Part shown: positions 26,582 through 34,324 of the stretch, piece after piece
How the letters are laid out: each line of letters opens with the position of its first letter
Position numbering within the stretch: the stretch's first letter is position 1
Program-made: the position numbers and the translations under genes
The notes under the pieces: model-generated
Seen by the model: the letters and a program-made list of their open reading frames with translations, nothing else
Database searches by the model: none
Told to the model about the DNA's origin: nothing
IMG/VR virus record: IMGVR_UViG_3300037423_000863
Length of the DNA: 46,378 nt
Direction: 5' to 3' (one strand)
Origin: a virus

Positions 26582-26807
26582 CGGCTAAGGCTCCGTCGCG
26601 TTGGTTGCCGGGTTGGTATAGCGTTGGGTGTTGTCCGACGCAATGTCTGATGCGTGTTGCTACATGTTGGGGGAAGTGGGTTTTCGAAACTGAAAATTGG
26701 TGCGGACGCCCGATAGTTCTTTCGGCGCCGGCTCCTGGGTGGTGGCCGGGGGGCGGGCGCGAGAGTGAGAAGGCCACGGCCGGGGTGCGGCCCAGCCACC
26801 CCACAGG

Positions 26808-26840
26808 GGCGCCCGCTGTGTCAGCTACACAGTGGGCGCC
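26808..26840. promoter_or_regulatory. 14-bp inverted repeat in the 303-nt non-coding gap after terS
   Basis: GGCGCCCGCTGTGT-cagct-ACACAGTGGGCGCC. One position is G-T on the plus strand and C-A on the minus strand. Confidence 0.5.
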
Positions 26841-26884
26841 GCGCTGATTGTGCTGTGAAGACAGCCACCTAGCGGAGTGCTGCT

Positions 26885-27322
26885 CTAGCGATGCGCCCCA
26901 TTCTTGGGCGTCACGTCGATCATCGCGGCGTCTTTCGCCTGCTTGGCTCGCTCAATCACCGCCATCAGCTCCGCCTCATCCATTTCGGCTAGCGGCTTGT
27001 CGCCGTCCTTCTTGTCCGTCTCGGAGCGCTCCGCGATCCACTTGGCGGCCTGAAAGCGGGTCGCAGCAGGCGTCGACTTGTCCAGAAGCTCGTCTAGCGT
27101 CTTCAGCGCCTTCAGCCGTAGCTCGCCTTTCAGCTTCGCATCGCAGCCAGCTTCGAGGGCTCTTTGCACTGCACGGCTGGCGAGGATGATCGTGACGCTA
27201 CTCTCAGGTGAGTAACCGGCTTCTGCCTTCGCGGCCTCTGCATCGGCTCCCCTAAGCATCGCAGCCACAAGCCGCTCCTGCATTTCGGTAAGCCCTTCGC
27301 TCCTCGCTAGCTCCTGTCCCAT
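26885..27322 (-). CDS. terS: terminase small subunit
   Basis: LTEMQERLVAAMLRGADAEAAKAEAGYS HTH-type N-terminus typical of small terminases. First gene of the late strand. Confidence 0.6.
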   Translation of the reverse strand: MGQELARSEGLTEMQERLVAAMLRGADAEAAKAEAGYSPESSVTIILASRAVQRALEAGCDAKLKGELRLKALKTLDELLDKSTPAATRFQAAKWIAERSETDKKDGDKPLAEMDEAELMAVIERAKQAKDAAMIDVTPKNGAHR

Positions 27323-27422
27323 TGCTGCCGATCCCTGTCTGATGGTGTTGGTTGACCTTCCGACACTTTGTCGCTACGTCGCAGGCGACGTTAACAGACA
27401 ACGTCCAACAACGGGAGTGCAT
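27323..27422. promoter_or_regulatory. divergent intergenic region (terS versus small plus-strand gene) with dyads
   Basis: TTGACC at 27353..27358. Inverted repeats GTCGC..GCGAC and GACGTT..AACGTC. Confidence 0.3.
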
Positions 27423-27536
27423 ATGTTCCAGACTGTCATCGTTCTAGGCGGCCTCATCGGCCTTTGCGTCTTCATGGGTGAGCTAGCCGCCAAGCGGGCT
27501 CGCATCCTGTCGGCGCTTCGCCGGGAAGACGCATGA
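27423..27536 (+). CDS. small membrane peptide, 37 aa
   Basis: GGGAGtgcat ATG. Sequence MFQTVIVLGGLIGLCVFMGELAAKRARILSALRREDA. Confidence 0.45.
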   Translation: MFQTVIVLGGLIGLCVFMGELAAKRARILSALRREDA

Positions 27537-27619
27537 GCTGCGCCACCCCTGAGGATGCCACCCGCATCCCATCGCCACTTTGCTCCACCCCTTACCCCCC
27601 TAAAGGGGGGTATAAGGGA

Positions 27620-27694
27620 GGTGGCGCAAGCGACGGGGCCGATCCCGCGCCACCCTGCGCCACCTTGCGCCACCTACAGATTGTCGGTGGCGCA
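27620..27694. repeat. GCGCCACC iteron/operator array
   Basis: Three perfect tandem 10-bp units (27647..27676), bracketed by inverted GGTGGCGC at 27620..27627 and 27687..27694. Further copies near 27539 and 27770. Confidence 0.7.
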
Positions 27695-27810
27695 GCCCTT
27701 TGGAGCCGCGTTCGTCGCGATGCTCCTTTCTTCCTGATGATCCTTGCAGTCGCGCTGATCCAAGCCGCGCTGCGCCATTTCCATTTGATGCACTGAGAAG
27801 GAGAGAGACT

Positions 27811-27981
27811 GTGAAGACCAACCCTGAGAAAGCTCGCGCCGTTCGCGATGCTGCCGACAAGCTGCGGGATGAAGCGACCGACATCGACATCGCTGCCTGC
27901 CAAGCCTTCGTCGATGCGCTGGATGATCTGACCATCGGAGAGACTGCCCGTCTCTACGACATGATCAAGGAGGCGCGCTGA
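27811..27981 (+). CDS. hypothetical early protein, 56 aa
   Basis: GAAGGAGAGAGACt GTG. Sequence VKTNPEKARAVRDAADKLRDEATDIDIAACQAF... Confidence 0.55.
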   Translation: MKTNPEKARAVRDAADKLRDEATDIDIAACQAFVDALDDLTIGETARLYDMIKEAR

Positions 27982-28286
27982 TGGGCCTTCATCCACGCTT
28001 CAATGGTCAGACTGAAAACCGCTTTGCTTGGGACCGTCAGGGTTTCATGCGCCTCAATGGCGTCCTGCTGTCCATGCACACGGATGAAGACGGGCCGCAC
28101 CTTCGAGGGTCGCTGTGGCAGCTGAACCCTGACGCAGCCGACTACATCCCTGTCCGCCAGCTGATCCCGTGCGCGAAGGTTCAGCCGCCGCTGCTGGGCG
28201 TCCGTGGCCGCGCTGGATGGTCCGTGCGCGTCGAATTGGCCGACGCTGAAGCGCTGATCGCTCGGCAGCTCCCCGTCATCATCTGA
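27981..28286 (+). CDS. hypothetical early protein, 101 aa
   Basis: TGATG coupling. ORF-track protein. Confidence 0.55.
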   Translation: MGLHPRFNGQTENRFAWDRQGFMRLNGVLLSMHTDEDGPHLRGSLWQLNPDAADYIPVRQLIPCAKVQPPLLGVRGRAGWSVRVELADAEALIARQLPVII

Positions 28287-28353
28287 CGCGATCTGGCGGG
28301 CCGGTGAGAGCGACCCGCCTAACCGCATCAGCGGACACAGAAGGAGAAGACGA

Positions 28354-28698
28354 ATGAAGCTCTATTACGAACGCGAGCTGGGGCTGTGGCAGCTTCCCGG
28401 TCAACAGACGAAGCGCGCCGAGCGCGTTGATATCCCGACCGACACGCAGGGGCTCTGCATCTTCCTGAACGACCGGCAGACGCCGCTAGAGCCGCCCAAG
28501 CTCGAAGTCGCTAGCGATCTGACGCCTGAGGCTCAGGAGCGCTTGTTTCGCAGCCCCGGCCACATCGTTCGCTCGCCCGCAGCTCCCAGCTACGCCGCGC
28601 AGTCTGTCCAGCTGGACGATGACTTCGACCGGCTGCCGCTCGCTCGCCAGCTCGATCTGGCTGCCCGTGCGATGGAGAACGCGAGGGCAGCGCTCTGA
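28354..28698 (+). CDS. hypothetical early protein, 114 aa
   Basis: GAAGGAGAAGacga ATG. Confidence 0.6.
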   Translation: MKLYYERELGLWQLPGQQTKRAERVDIPTDTQGLCIFLNDRQTPLEPPKLEVASDLTPEAQERLFRSPGHIVRSPAAPSYAAQSVQLDDDFDRLPLARQLDLAARAMENARAAL

Positions 28699-28733
28699 CC
28701 CTGAACACCACCTGGACGAAAAGGAGACATTCA

Positions 28734-29054
28734 ATGCCACGCATCAACTTCAAGACCGACGAAATCGACACCATCGCCAAAGTCGTTGACCGCGTTCAGC
28801 AGCTCGAAGGGCTGCACCTGACCCGCGACGAGCGCCGTAGCCGCTCCGATTGGGTCATGGACTTCTGCGCCGTGCAGAACAGCGACACGCCGCTGGACCT
28901 TCAGCGCATGCTCGAAGCGGATGACAACAACTTCGCTCACGACGCCTTCGGCATCGCGCGGCACCTAGACCGCGACGACAGCAGCCCGACCGGCGGACAG
29001 CTAACCGGCTGCTTCCTGCCCCGCTTCACTCGGAAAGACGCGCTCGCCGACTGA
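28734..29054 (+). CDS. hypothetical early protein, 106 aa
   Basis: AAAGGAGAcattca ATG. Confidence 0.6.
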   Translation: MPRINFKTDEIDTIAKVVDRVQQLEGLHLTRDERRSRSDWVMDFCAVQNSDTPLDLQRMLEADDNNFAHDAFGIARHLDRDDSSPTGGQLTGCFLPRFTRKDALAD

Positions 29055-29139
29055 CGCCCCGAGAGCCCGCTGAGTGCGACAGCGGGCCGACGATGGCGAC
29101 AGCCAGCCGTAGACAACGGCCAACACAGGAGAAGACCGA

Positions 29140-29535
29140 ATGTTCGATTACCGAGACTTCAAGCGCGAGACGATGGAGGCAGCCAACAAAGTCGGCCTCT
29201 ACTGCTCGACACCGCTCCACATCGAATGGCTGACTAGCGATCAGCTGAAGCGCCTTAGGGGCAAGAACATCGTCACGGACGAGACATGGCAATATCGCCT
29301 GCTCGCCAACCGTTCGATACTCGCTGAAATCTCTTACGGCTGGATGATGGGCAAGCCCGTGTTGGGCCTGACGGTCTTCAGCAAGGATGACCCTGAAAGC
29401 GACTTCGACCGCTCCAAAGCCTGCTTCACCATCCCTGAGCTAGTCGAGGCGCTAGAACTGCTGAACGACAGCGACCGCGACCCCGTGGACACTCCCGACC
29501 GCGAGAGTTGGGCAGAAGCGCAGGGCGAAGCATGA
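29140..29535 (+). CDS. hypothetical early protein with acidic C-terminus, 131 aa
   Basis: ACAGGAGAAGaccga ATG. Confidence 0.6.
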   Translation: MFDYRDFKRETMEAANKVGLYCSTPLHIEWLTSDQLKRLRGKNIVTDETWQYRLLANRSILAEISYGWMMGKPVLGLTVFSKDDPESDFDRSKACFTIPELVEALELLNDSDRDPVDTPDRESWAEAQGEA

Positions 29536-29726
29536 CTGCCCGCTTCCACACTCGCAACGGAATGAAGGTGGAGCGGCTTGGCCGTCTCCACCAGCCGCCC
29601 CGCATCCACCGCGCCGGCGGCCTGCCGAGCGCTCGCTACAGCGGCCATTTCCGCTCGCTTCCCGTCGAAGGCTCGAAGGCTTGGCGCGACGCCCAGCCGA
29701 TCCTGAGCCGCATCTTCTCACGCTGA
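29532..29726 (+). CDS. hypothetical basic protein, 64 aa
   Basis: ATGA overlap with the previous stop. High GC3 in this frame. Confidence 0.45.
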   Translation: MTARFHTRNGMKVERLGRLHQPPRIHRAGGLPSARYSGHFRSLPVEGSKAWRDAQPILSRIFSR

Positions 29727-29740
29727 AGGGAACCCAACCA

Positions 29741-31705
29741 ATGAACATGAACCTATTCGACACCACAGCCGCGACCGCCTTGAACGCCGGGCCCGGCCTG
29801 ATCGTTGACAACTTCGCAGGTGGCGGCGGCGCCAGCACCGGCATCGAAGCCGCGCTGGGTCGCGCCGTCGACATCGCCATCAACCACGATGACGAAGCAA
29901 TCCGCATGCACGAGGCGAACCACCCCAGCACCAAGCACATTCGAAACAACATCTGGCAAATTGATCCGGTCGAGGTCACGGGCGGAAAGCCTGTCGAGCT
30001 GGCATGGTTCAGCCCCGACTGTAAGCACTTCAGCAAGGCGAAGGGCGGCAAGCCCCGCGAGAAGTCTATTCGTGACCTAGCGTGGGTCGTTGTGCTGTGG
30101 GCCCAGCGCGTCAGGCCGTCCCTGATCCTGCTAGAGAACGTGGAGGAGTTCAGGACATGGGGCCCGCTGGACGACGAAGGGCAGCCCATCAAGGAGCGCG
30201 CTGGCGAGACGTTCCGCGAGTGGACAGCGCAACTCCGCAAGGAGGGCTACAAGATCCAGTGGAAAGAGCTGCGCGCCTGCGACTACGGCGCGCCGACCAT
30301 TCGGAAGCGCTTTTTCATGATTGCGCGCTGTGACGGGCAACCGATCGTTTGGCCGAAGCCGACGCACGGCAAGCCGGGAACGCCTGCTGTGGAGCGCGGC
30401 GAGCTGAAGCCGTGGCGCACAGCTGCCGACATCATTGATTGGTCGATCCCTTGCCCGTCCATCTTCGAGCGGGAGCGCCCGCTGGCGGAGAAGACCCTGA
30501 GGCGCATCGCTCACGGCATCATGAAGTTTGTCGTCAACAACCCCAGTCCGTTCATCGTGCCTCTGACGCATCAGGGGAACGACGCGCGATGCTACAGCGG
30601 GGATGAGCCGCTTTCGACTGTCACGGGAGCCAATCGCGGCGAGCTGGCGGTGGCAATGCCATTTATTTCGCCGGTCAAGAGCTGGGGCGGTGGCGGCAAC
30701 GAAGCCCGACAGATTGACCTGCCCCTGAGAACGACAACGACGAGCAAGGGCGGCGAGCATGCGGTGATTGTGCCCCATGTCACCAAGTTCCGCTCTGGCG
30801 CGATTGGCAGCGCTGCAGACGAGCCAGTGCCGACAGTCACGGCGAACAGCTTCATCAAGCGCCCCGGCGGAGCTGCGCCGCTCGGCCGCGTCGACGCCGT
30901 GCTGGCACCCTTCAGCAGCTACGCGCAGCAGGGTGGGGGCAATCGCAACATCGAAGACCCGCACCACACCATCTGCGCGAACAGCAAGGATCAAAACTGC
31001 GTGGTAGGCGCAACGATGATCCGATGCGGCAACGGTGAGCGCGAAGGGCAGGAGCCGCGCGCTGTCGACGTTGAAGCGCCGCTACACACTGTCTGCGCCC
31101 AGCGGAACAACCACGGCCTAGTGACCGCCATGCTGGCGCAGTTCAACACCAACCCCAACGGGACGGTGAACCCCGGCCACAGCTGCGAGGAGCCGGTTTC
31201 GACCATCGCAACCAAAGGGCCGCATCAGGCGGTCTGCACATCGCACCTGATGAAGATGCGCGGGACATGCGCCCACGGCCAGCCGGTCGATGAGCCAGCG
31301 CCAACGCTCACCAGCGGCGGCAACCACGTTGCCGAGGTCCGCGCCTTCCTGCTGAAGTATTACGGCAACGAAGACGGCGCGCATGATGTCATCGAACCGC
31401 TGGGCACTGTCACGACGAAGGATCGCTTCACCCTCGTCACGGTGAACATCGGCGGCGAAGACTACGTGATTGTAGACATCGGGATGCGGATGCTGACGCC
31501 GCGCGAGCTGTTCAACGCTCAGGGCTTCCCGCCGACCTACATCATCGACCGCGACGCGCACGGGAACCCGATGACCAAGACGGCGCAGGTAGCCAAGTGC
31601 GGGAATAGCGTCTGTCCGCCGCTCTCAGAGGCGCTGGTGAGCGCCAACGCTCCAAGCCTCATCGGACAGCTCGAACTGCCCGAAGCCGCTGTACGGGCCG
31701 CCTAG
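29741..31705 (+). CDS. DNA (cytosine-5)-methyltransferase, unusually long (654 aa)
   Basis: Motif I DNFAGGGGAS, IV FSPDCKHFS, VI ENVEEF, VIII YGAPTIRKRFF, IX LTPRELFNAQGFP, X GNSVCPP. ATG 29741 is preferred over tracked start 29681. Confidence 0.85.
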   Translation: MNMNLFDTTAATALNAGPGLIVDNFAGGGGASTGIEAALGRAVDIAINHDDEAIRMHEANHPSTKHIRNNIWQIDPVEVTGGKPVELAWFSPDCKHFSKAKGGKPREKSIRDLAWVVVLWAQRVRPSLILLENVEEFRTWGPLDDEGQPIKERAGETFREWTAQLRKEGYKIQWKELRACDYGAPTIRKRFFMIARCDGQPIVWPKPTHGKPGTPAVERGELKPWRTAADIIDWSIPCPSIFERERPLAEKTLRRIAHGIMKFVVNNPSPFIVPLTHQGNDARCYSGDEPLSTVTGANRGELAVAMPFISPVKSWGGGGNEARQIDLPLRTTTTSKGGEHAVIVPHVTKFRSGAIGSAADEPVPTVTANSFIKRPGGAAPLGRVDAVLAPFSSYAQQGGGNRNIEDPHHTICANSKDQNCVVGATMIRCGNGEREGQEPRAVDVEAPLHTVCAQRNNHGLVTAMLAQFNTNPNGTVNPGHSCEEPVSTIATKGPHQAVCTSHLMKMRGTCAHGQPVDEPAPTLTSGGNHVAEVRAFLLKYYGNEDGAHDVIEPLGTVTTKDRFTLVTVNIGGEDYVIVDIGMRMLTPRELFNAQGFPPTYIIDRDAHGNPMTKTAQVAKCGNSVCPPLSEALVSANAPSLIGQLELPEAAVRAA

Positions 31706-31785
31706 CGCGTCCTGTCGCGATGTGCGGGGCGTGGTCAGAGCCGCCCCAATCACCGCGACAGTCGCGGACATCGAAGGAGAGAGAC

Positions 31786-31968
31786 GTGTACGACTACGAA
31801 CGATTGCAAATCGACACACAGAGGGCCCGGATGGGCGATCCCCACGGGCGGCAGTCCGGCAACGATCTAGAGAGGGCGGCCAAGCTCGCGCAGCTTGAGG
31901 AGTTGTGCGACCGGGTAGAAGACCCGGCGGCAGCGTTCATTCTGGCCGAGTTGGTGAGGCTGGCATGA
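31786..31968 (+). CDS. hypothetical protein, 60 aa
   Basis: GAAGGAGAGAGAC GTG, the same leader as gene 27811. Confidence 0.5.
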   Translation: MYDYERLQIDTQRARMGDPHGRQSGNDLERAAKLAQLEELCDRVEDPAAAFILAELVRLA

Positions 31969-32165
31969 CCCACGAAACCCTTTGCGGCTGCGGCGAGTGC
32001 CGCAAGCTCGACCGGCGGTTTCCGCTCGAAGGCCATCAGCTGTCGATGTTCGAGCAGCGCACCCAGCTTGCCCCGACCGAGGGCGAGGCACTAGCGCAGC
32101 TGTTCGAGCTGGCAGGTAAGAGCGCAGCGTTCGACCGCGCCGGACAACGGAGCCTGATGATATGA
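31965..32165 (+). CDS. hypothetical Cys-containing protein, 66 aa
   Basis: ATGA overlap. Sequence MTHETLCGCGECRKLDRRF... Confidence 0.5.
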   Translation: MTHETLCGCGECRKLDRRFPLEGHQLSMFEQRTQLAPTEGEALAQLFELAGKSAAFDRAGQRSLMI

Positions 32166-32341
32166 CCGAAGACGAAAAAATCGAAGTCATCGAAAGCTGC
32201 CTGTATCGGCTCAAGGATCGCGACTATCTGACCGCGCGTCAGGTTCGCACCATTGACGATTTCATGGCTGAAATGGGCCCGGTCGCGCTGGCAGACCTCT
32301 ACGACCTGATCCGCTTCCACGAAGGACCGGAGGAACGATGA
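32162..32341 (+). CDS. hypothetical protein, 59 aa (below ORF-track cut-off)
   Basis: ATGA overlap. Sequence MTEDEKIEVIESCLYRLKDRDYLTARQVRTIDDFM... Confidence 0.5.
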   Translation: MTEDEKIEVIESCLYRLKDRDYLTARQVRTIDDFMAEMGPVALADLYDLIRFHEGPEER

Positions 32342-32424
32342 CACTCCCGCCCCCTTTGCTGCTGTGGCTCCTGTTCCTGGGGCTCATGTTGGGCGCCTAT
32401 GCCGTGAGGCGCCGGACATCTTGA
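32338..32424 (+). CDS. small membrane peptide, 28 aa
   Basis: GGAGGAAcg ATGA overlap. Sequence MTLPPPLLLWLLFLGLMLGAYAVRRRTS. Confidence 0.4.
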   Translation: MTLPPPLLLWLLFLGLMLGAYAVRRRTS

Positions 32425-32503
32425 GACGAAACCAACGGCTTCAACTTGAACAATCGGCCGGGCTCGCGTTATGCAGCCCGGCCACTAACGAAAGGTAAGC
32501 ACA

Positions 32504-32806
32504 ATGAGAGCATTGATCTTCTGCACGGGGACATTCGGGATCGCCGGGATCACGCTGGTTGCCTATCGCATGGCGAAGACAGCGGCGGCCGACTGCCCGA
32601 TGACCTTCATGGATAACCACTGCGTCGAGCAGGCGAACGCGCACCGGGACGCGGTGTTGGTCTACGGACTGAGCGCAATGCTCGCCTTCATTCTCGTCTC
32701 TATGATTGTCATGGCCGCGCTTCGGGTGCGGGGGCGGCAGGGACAGGGGAACGGCTTCAGCTTCCGGTCAGCCAATCGGGAGCGTCGCCACCTGCTGCGC
32801 CCGTAG
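32504..32806 (+). CDS. membrane protein, 100 aa
   Basis: Two hydrophobic segments. The 3' end overlaps the convergent rusA by about 50 nt. Confidence 0.5.
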   Translation: MRALIFCTGTFGIAGITLVAYRMAKTAAADCPMTFMDNHCVEQANAHRDAVLVYGLSAMLAFILVSMIVMAALRVRGRQGQGNGFSFRSANRERRHLLRP

Positions 32807-33236
32807 GGGCTTGAGCGGGCCGGGTCGCCAGCTCGGTAACAACAACGGCGACACCGGCTCGCTCGCCCCATAGTTTCAGCGGCTCTCCCGCCGCCGCTAG
32901 GCTGTCATCAGCCAACACGCGGGCCTTCACCAGCGCATCAAGCACCAGCTTTTCGAGATTGTCCTTGTCCGGCTTCTGAGTGTGCGGCTGGCCCAGCCGA
33001 TCGCGCCCCGAGGCGGGCGGCTCAAACGTGAAAATCATGTCGACCCGAACCGCTGTCGTGAACAGTGGCATGGGATCGCCACGCCCTACCGCGGCAGCGA
33101 AAGCGGCGCGCTCGACCGCCAACCGCCACAGCTTTTCCTTGGGCTTCGCCGTGGTGACGACGCGACCGTTGACGAAGCGGGGCCGGGCCTTGCCTCTAGG
33201 CGTTCCGCGAACGCTGACGGTGAACGGCTCTGTCAT
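32757..33236 (-). CDS. rusA: RusA-family Holliday junction resolvase
   Basis: GTPRGKARPRF ... KPDKDNLEKLVLDALV. ATGA-coupled start at 33236. Confidence 0.8.
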   Translation of the reverse strand: MTEPFTVSVRGTPRGKARPRFVNGRVVTTAKPKEKLWRLAVERAAFAAAVGRGDPMPLFTTAVRVDMIFTFEPPASGRDRLGQPHTQKPDKDNLEKLVLDALVKARVLADDSLAAAGEPLKLWGERAGVAVVVTELATRPAQAPTGAAGGDAPDWLTGS

Positions 33237-33700
33237 CAGAACGGGCAATCCCTCGGCTCGAGTTTCAGGAAGGGGCGCAGCCACGCGGGCGGCAGATGGA
33301 AGGGCAGGGCGTCAGGGTCCGGCTCGACCGGCTCTGGATCGCGCCACTCGTCCCAGCCCCACAGTCGCCGTCCCCAGCGCAGCTGAAGGTTCTCAAGCAG
33401 CGTGACGGCTTGCAGATGCTGGACGCAGAGAGTGTTCGGCGCGGGTCTGCCGATGTCATCGCCGCAGCAATGATCCACCTGGAGCCCGTCGATGTTCAGC
33501 CCGTGGATGTGGACGGCGGCCCAGCGATGGGCGAACCAACGCCTGCCGCCATCCTTGAAGACGCCATAGGTCGCGCTGTTGCCTTGTCCGTTCGACTTGC
33601 CACCGGCCCACAGGACGCATCCCGTGGTTGCATCGAACCTGCACTTGGCAGCGAAGCGCTCTAGCGGAGACGGCGGGACAATCAGCGCGCGGCTCGCCAT
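33236..33700 (-). CDS. HNH endonuclease
   Basis: CVLWAGGKSN..YGVF..WFAHRW..VDHCCG..CVQHLQAVTLLEN. Confidence 0.7.
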   Translation of the reverse strand: MASRALIVPPSPLERFAAKCRFDATTGCVLWAGGKSNGQGNSATYGVFKDGGRRWFAHRWAAVHIHGLNIDGLQVDHCCGDDIGRPAPNTLCVQHLQAVTLLENLQLRWGRRLWGWDEWRDPEPVEPDPDALPFHLPPAWLRPFLKLEPRDCPF

Positions 33701-33909
33701 CAGCTGTCCGCCTCTGCGGGCAGGTCGTCATACAGCTGCGCGTCGATGTCGTCGGCGAGAGCCCCCAGCCAACGGCGCAGCCGGTAGGCATCGGCTTCGG
33801 TGAGCCGCCCATGCTTGGCGAGCTTCGCGACTGACGCGATGCGCTGCCGGATGTAGGCAGTGATCGCATGCCGCTCCTGCGTGGCGGTGCGCGTGACTAC
33901 AGCGCTCAC
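33700..33909 (-). CDS. hypothetical protein, 69 aa
   Basis: GTGA-coupled GTG at 33909. Confidence 0.45.
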   Translation of the reverse strand: MSAVVTRTATQERHAITAYIRQRIASVAKLAKHGRLTEADAYRLRRWLGALADDIDAQLYDDLPAEADS

Positions 33910-34121
33910 GCGATTGCCTTCCGGTCCAGCAGCAGCGCCTGCGCCTGATCGAAACGGATGCGCCAACGGCGAGCCTGCCGGTCGATTGCTGCGTTGATCG
34001 CGCGCTTCAGGTCATGACTTTCGCGCTCCGCTCGCGCCCGCTTCAGGTTGTCGTTGCAGCTGATCGCGTCCGCGTTTTTGACCATCGCGGCCTTGGCTCT
34101 TGTGTTGACTGCGTGTCTCAT
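33906..34121 (-). CDS. hypothetical protein, 71 aa
   Basis: AGGAGAAcgaaccc ATG at 34121. Confidence 0.5.
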   Translation of the reverse strand: MRHAVNTRAKAAMVKNADAISCNDNLKRARAERESHDLKRAINAAIDRQARRWRIRFDQAQALLLDRKAIA

Positions 34122-34324
34122 GGGTTCGTTCTCCTGATTGCAAATCGGTTCCGGCCATCGCGGCACGGGGCGCAAAGCCCGCTGACGAGGCGGGGCATGT
34201 CTTCGCCGCACCGCTCGCACTCGCCGGGCTCGCCGGGGATGAAGGGCGCGGCTCGAGCGCTGGCGATCATCGCGTTGCGCTCCGTTTCTTCGAGCGCTTG
34301 CGCTCGGTCGGCTTCATCAGCCAT
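34118..34324 (-). CDS. TraR/DksA-type C4 zinc-finger protein
   Basis: CERCGEDMPRLVSGLCAPCRD. Confidence 0.7.
   Translation of the reverse strand: MADEADRAQALEETERNAMIASARAAPFIPGEPGECERCGEDMPRLVSGLCAPCRDGRNRFAIRRTNP

Noticed and set aside
26572-26847. ORFs 26568..26804 (-), 26401..26799 (-) and 26572..26847 (+) in the gap after terS.
   Set aside because: They have no RBS and Pro/Arg/Gly/Trp-rich improbable sequences, and they overlap strong dyads. The region is treated as non-coding.
27647-27676. Tandem 10-bp repeats considered as a mini CRISPR array or satellite.
   Set aside because: The units are contiguous with no spacers and are only 10 bp long. This is an iteron/operator-type array, not CRISPR.
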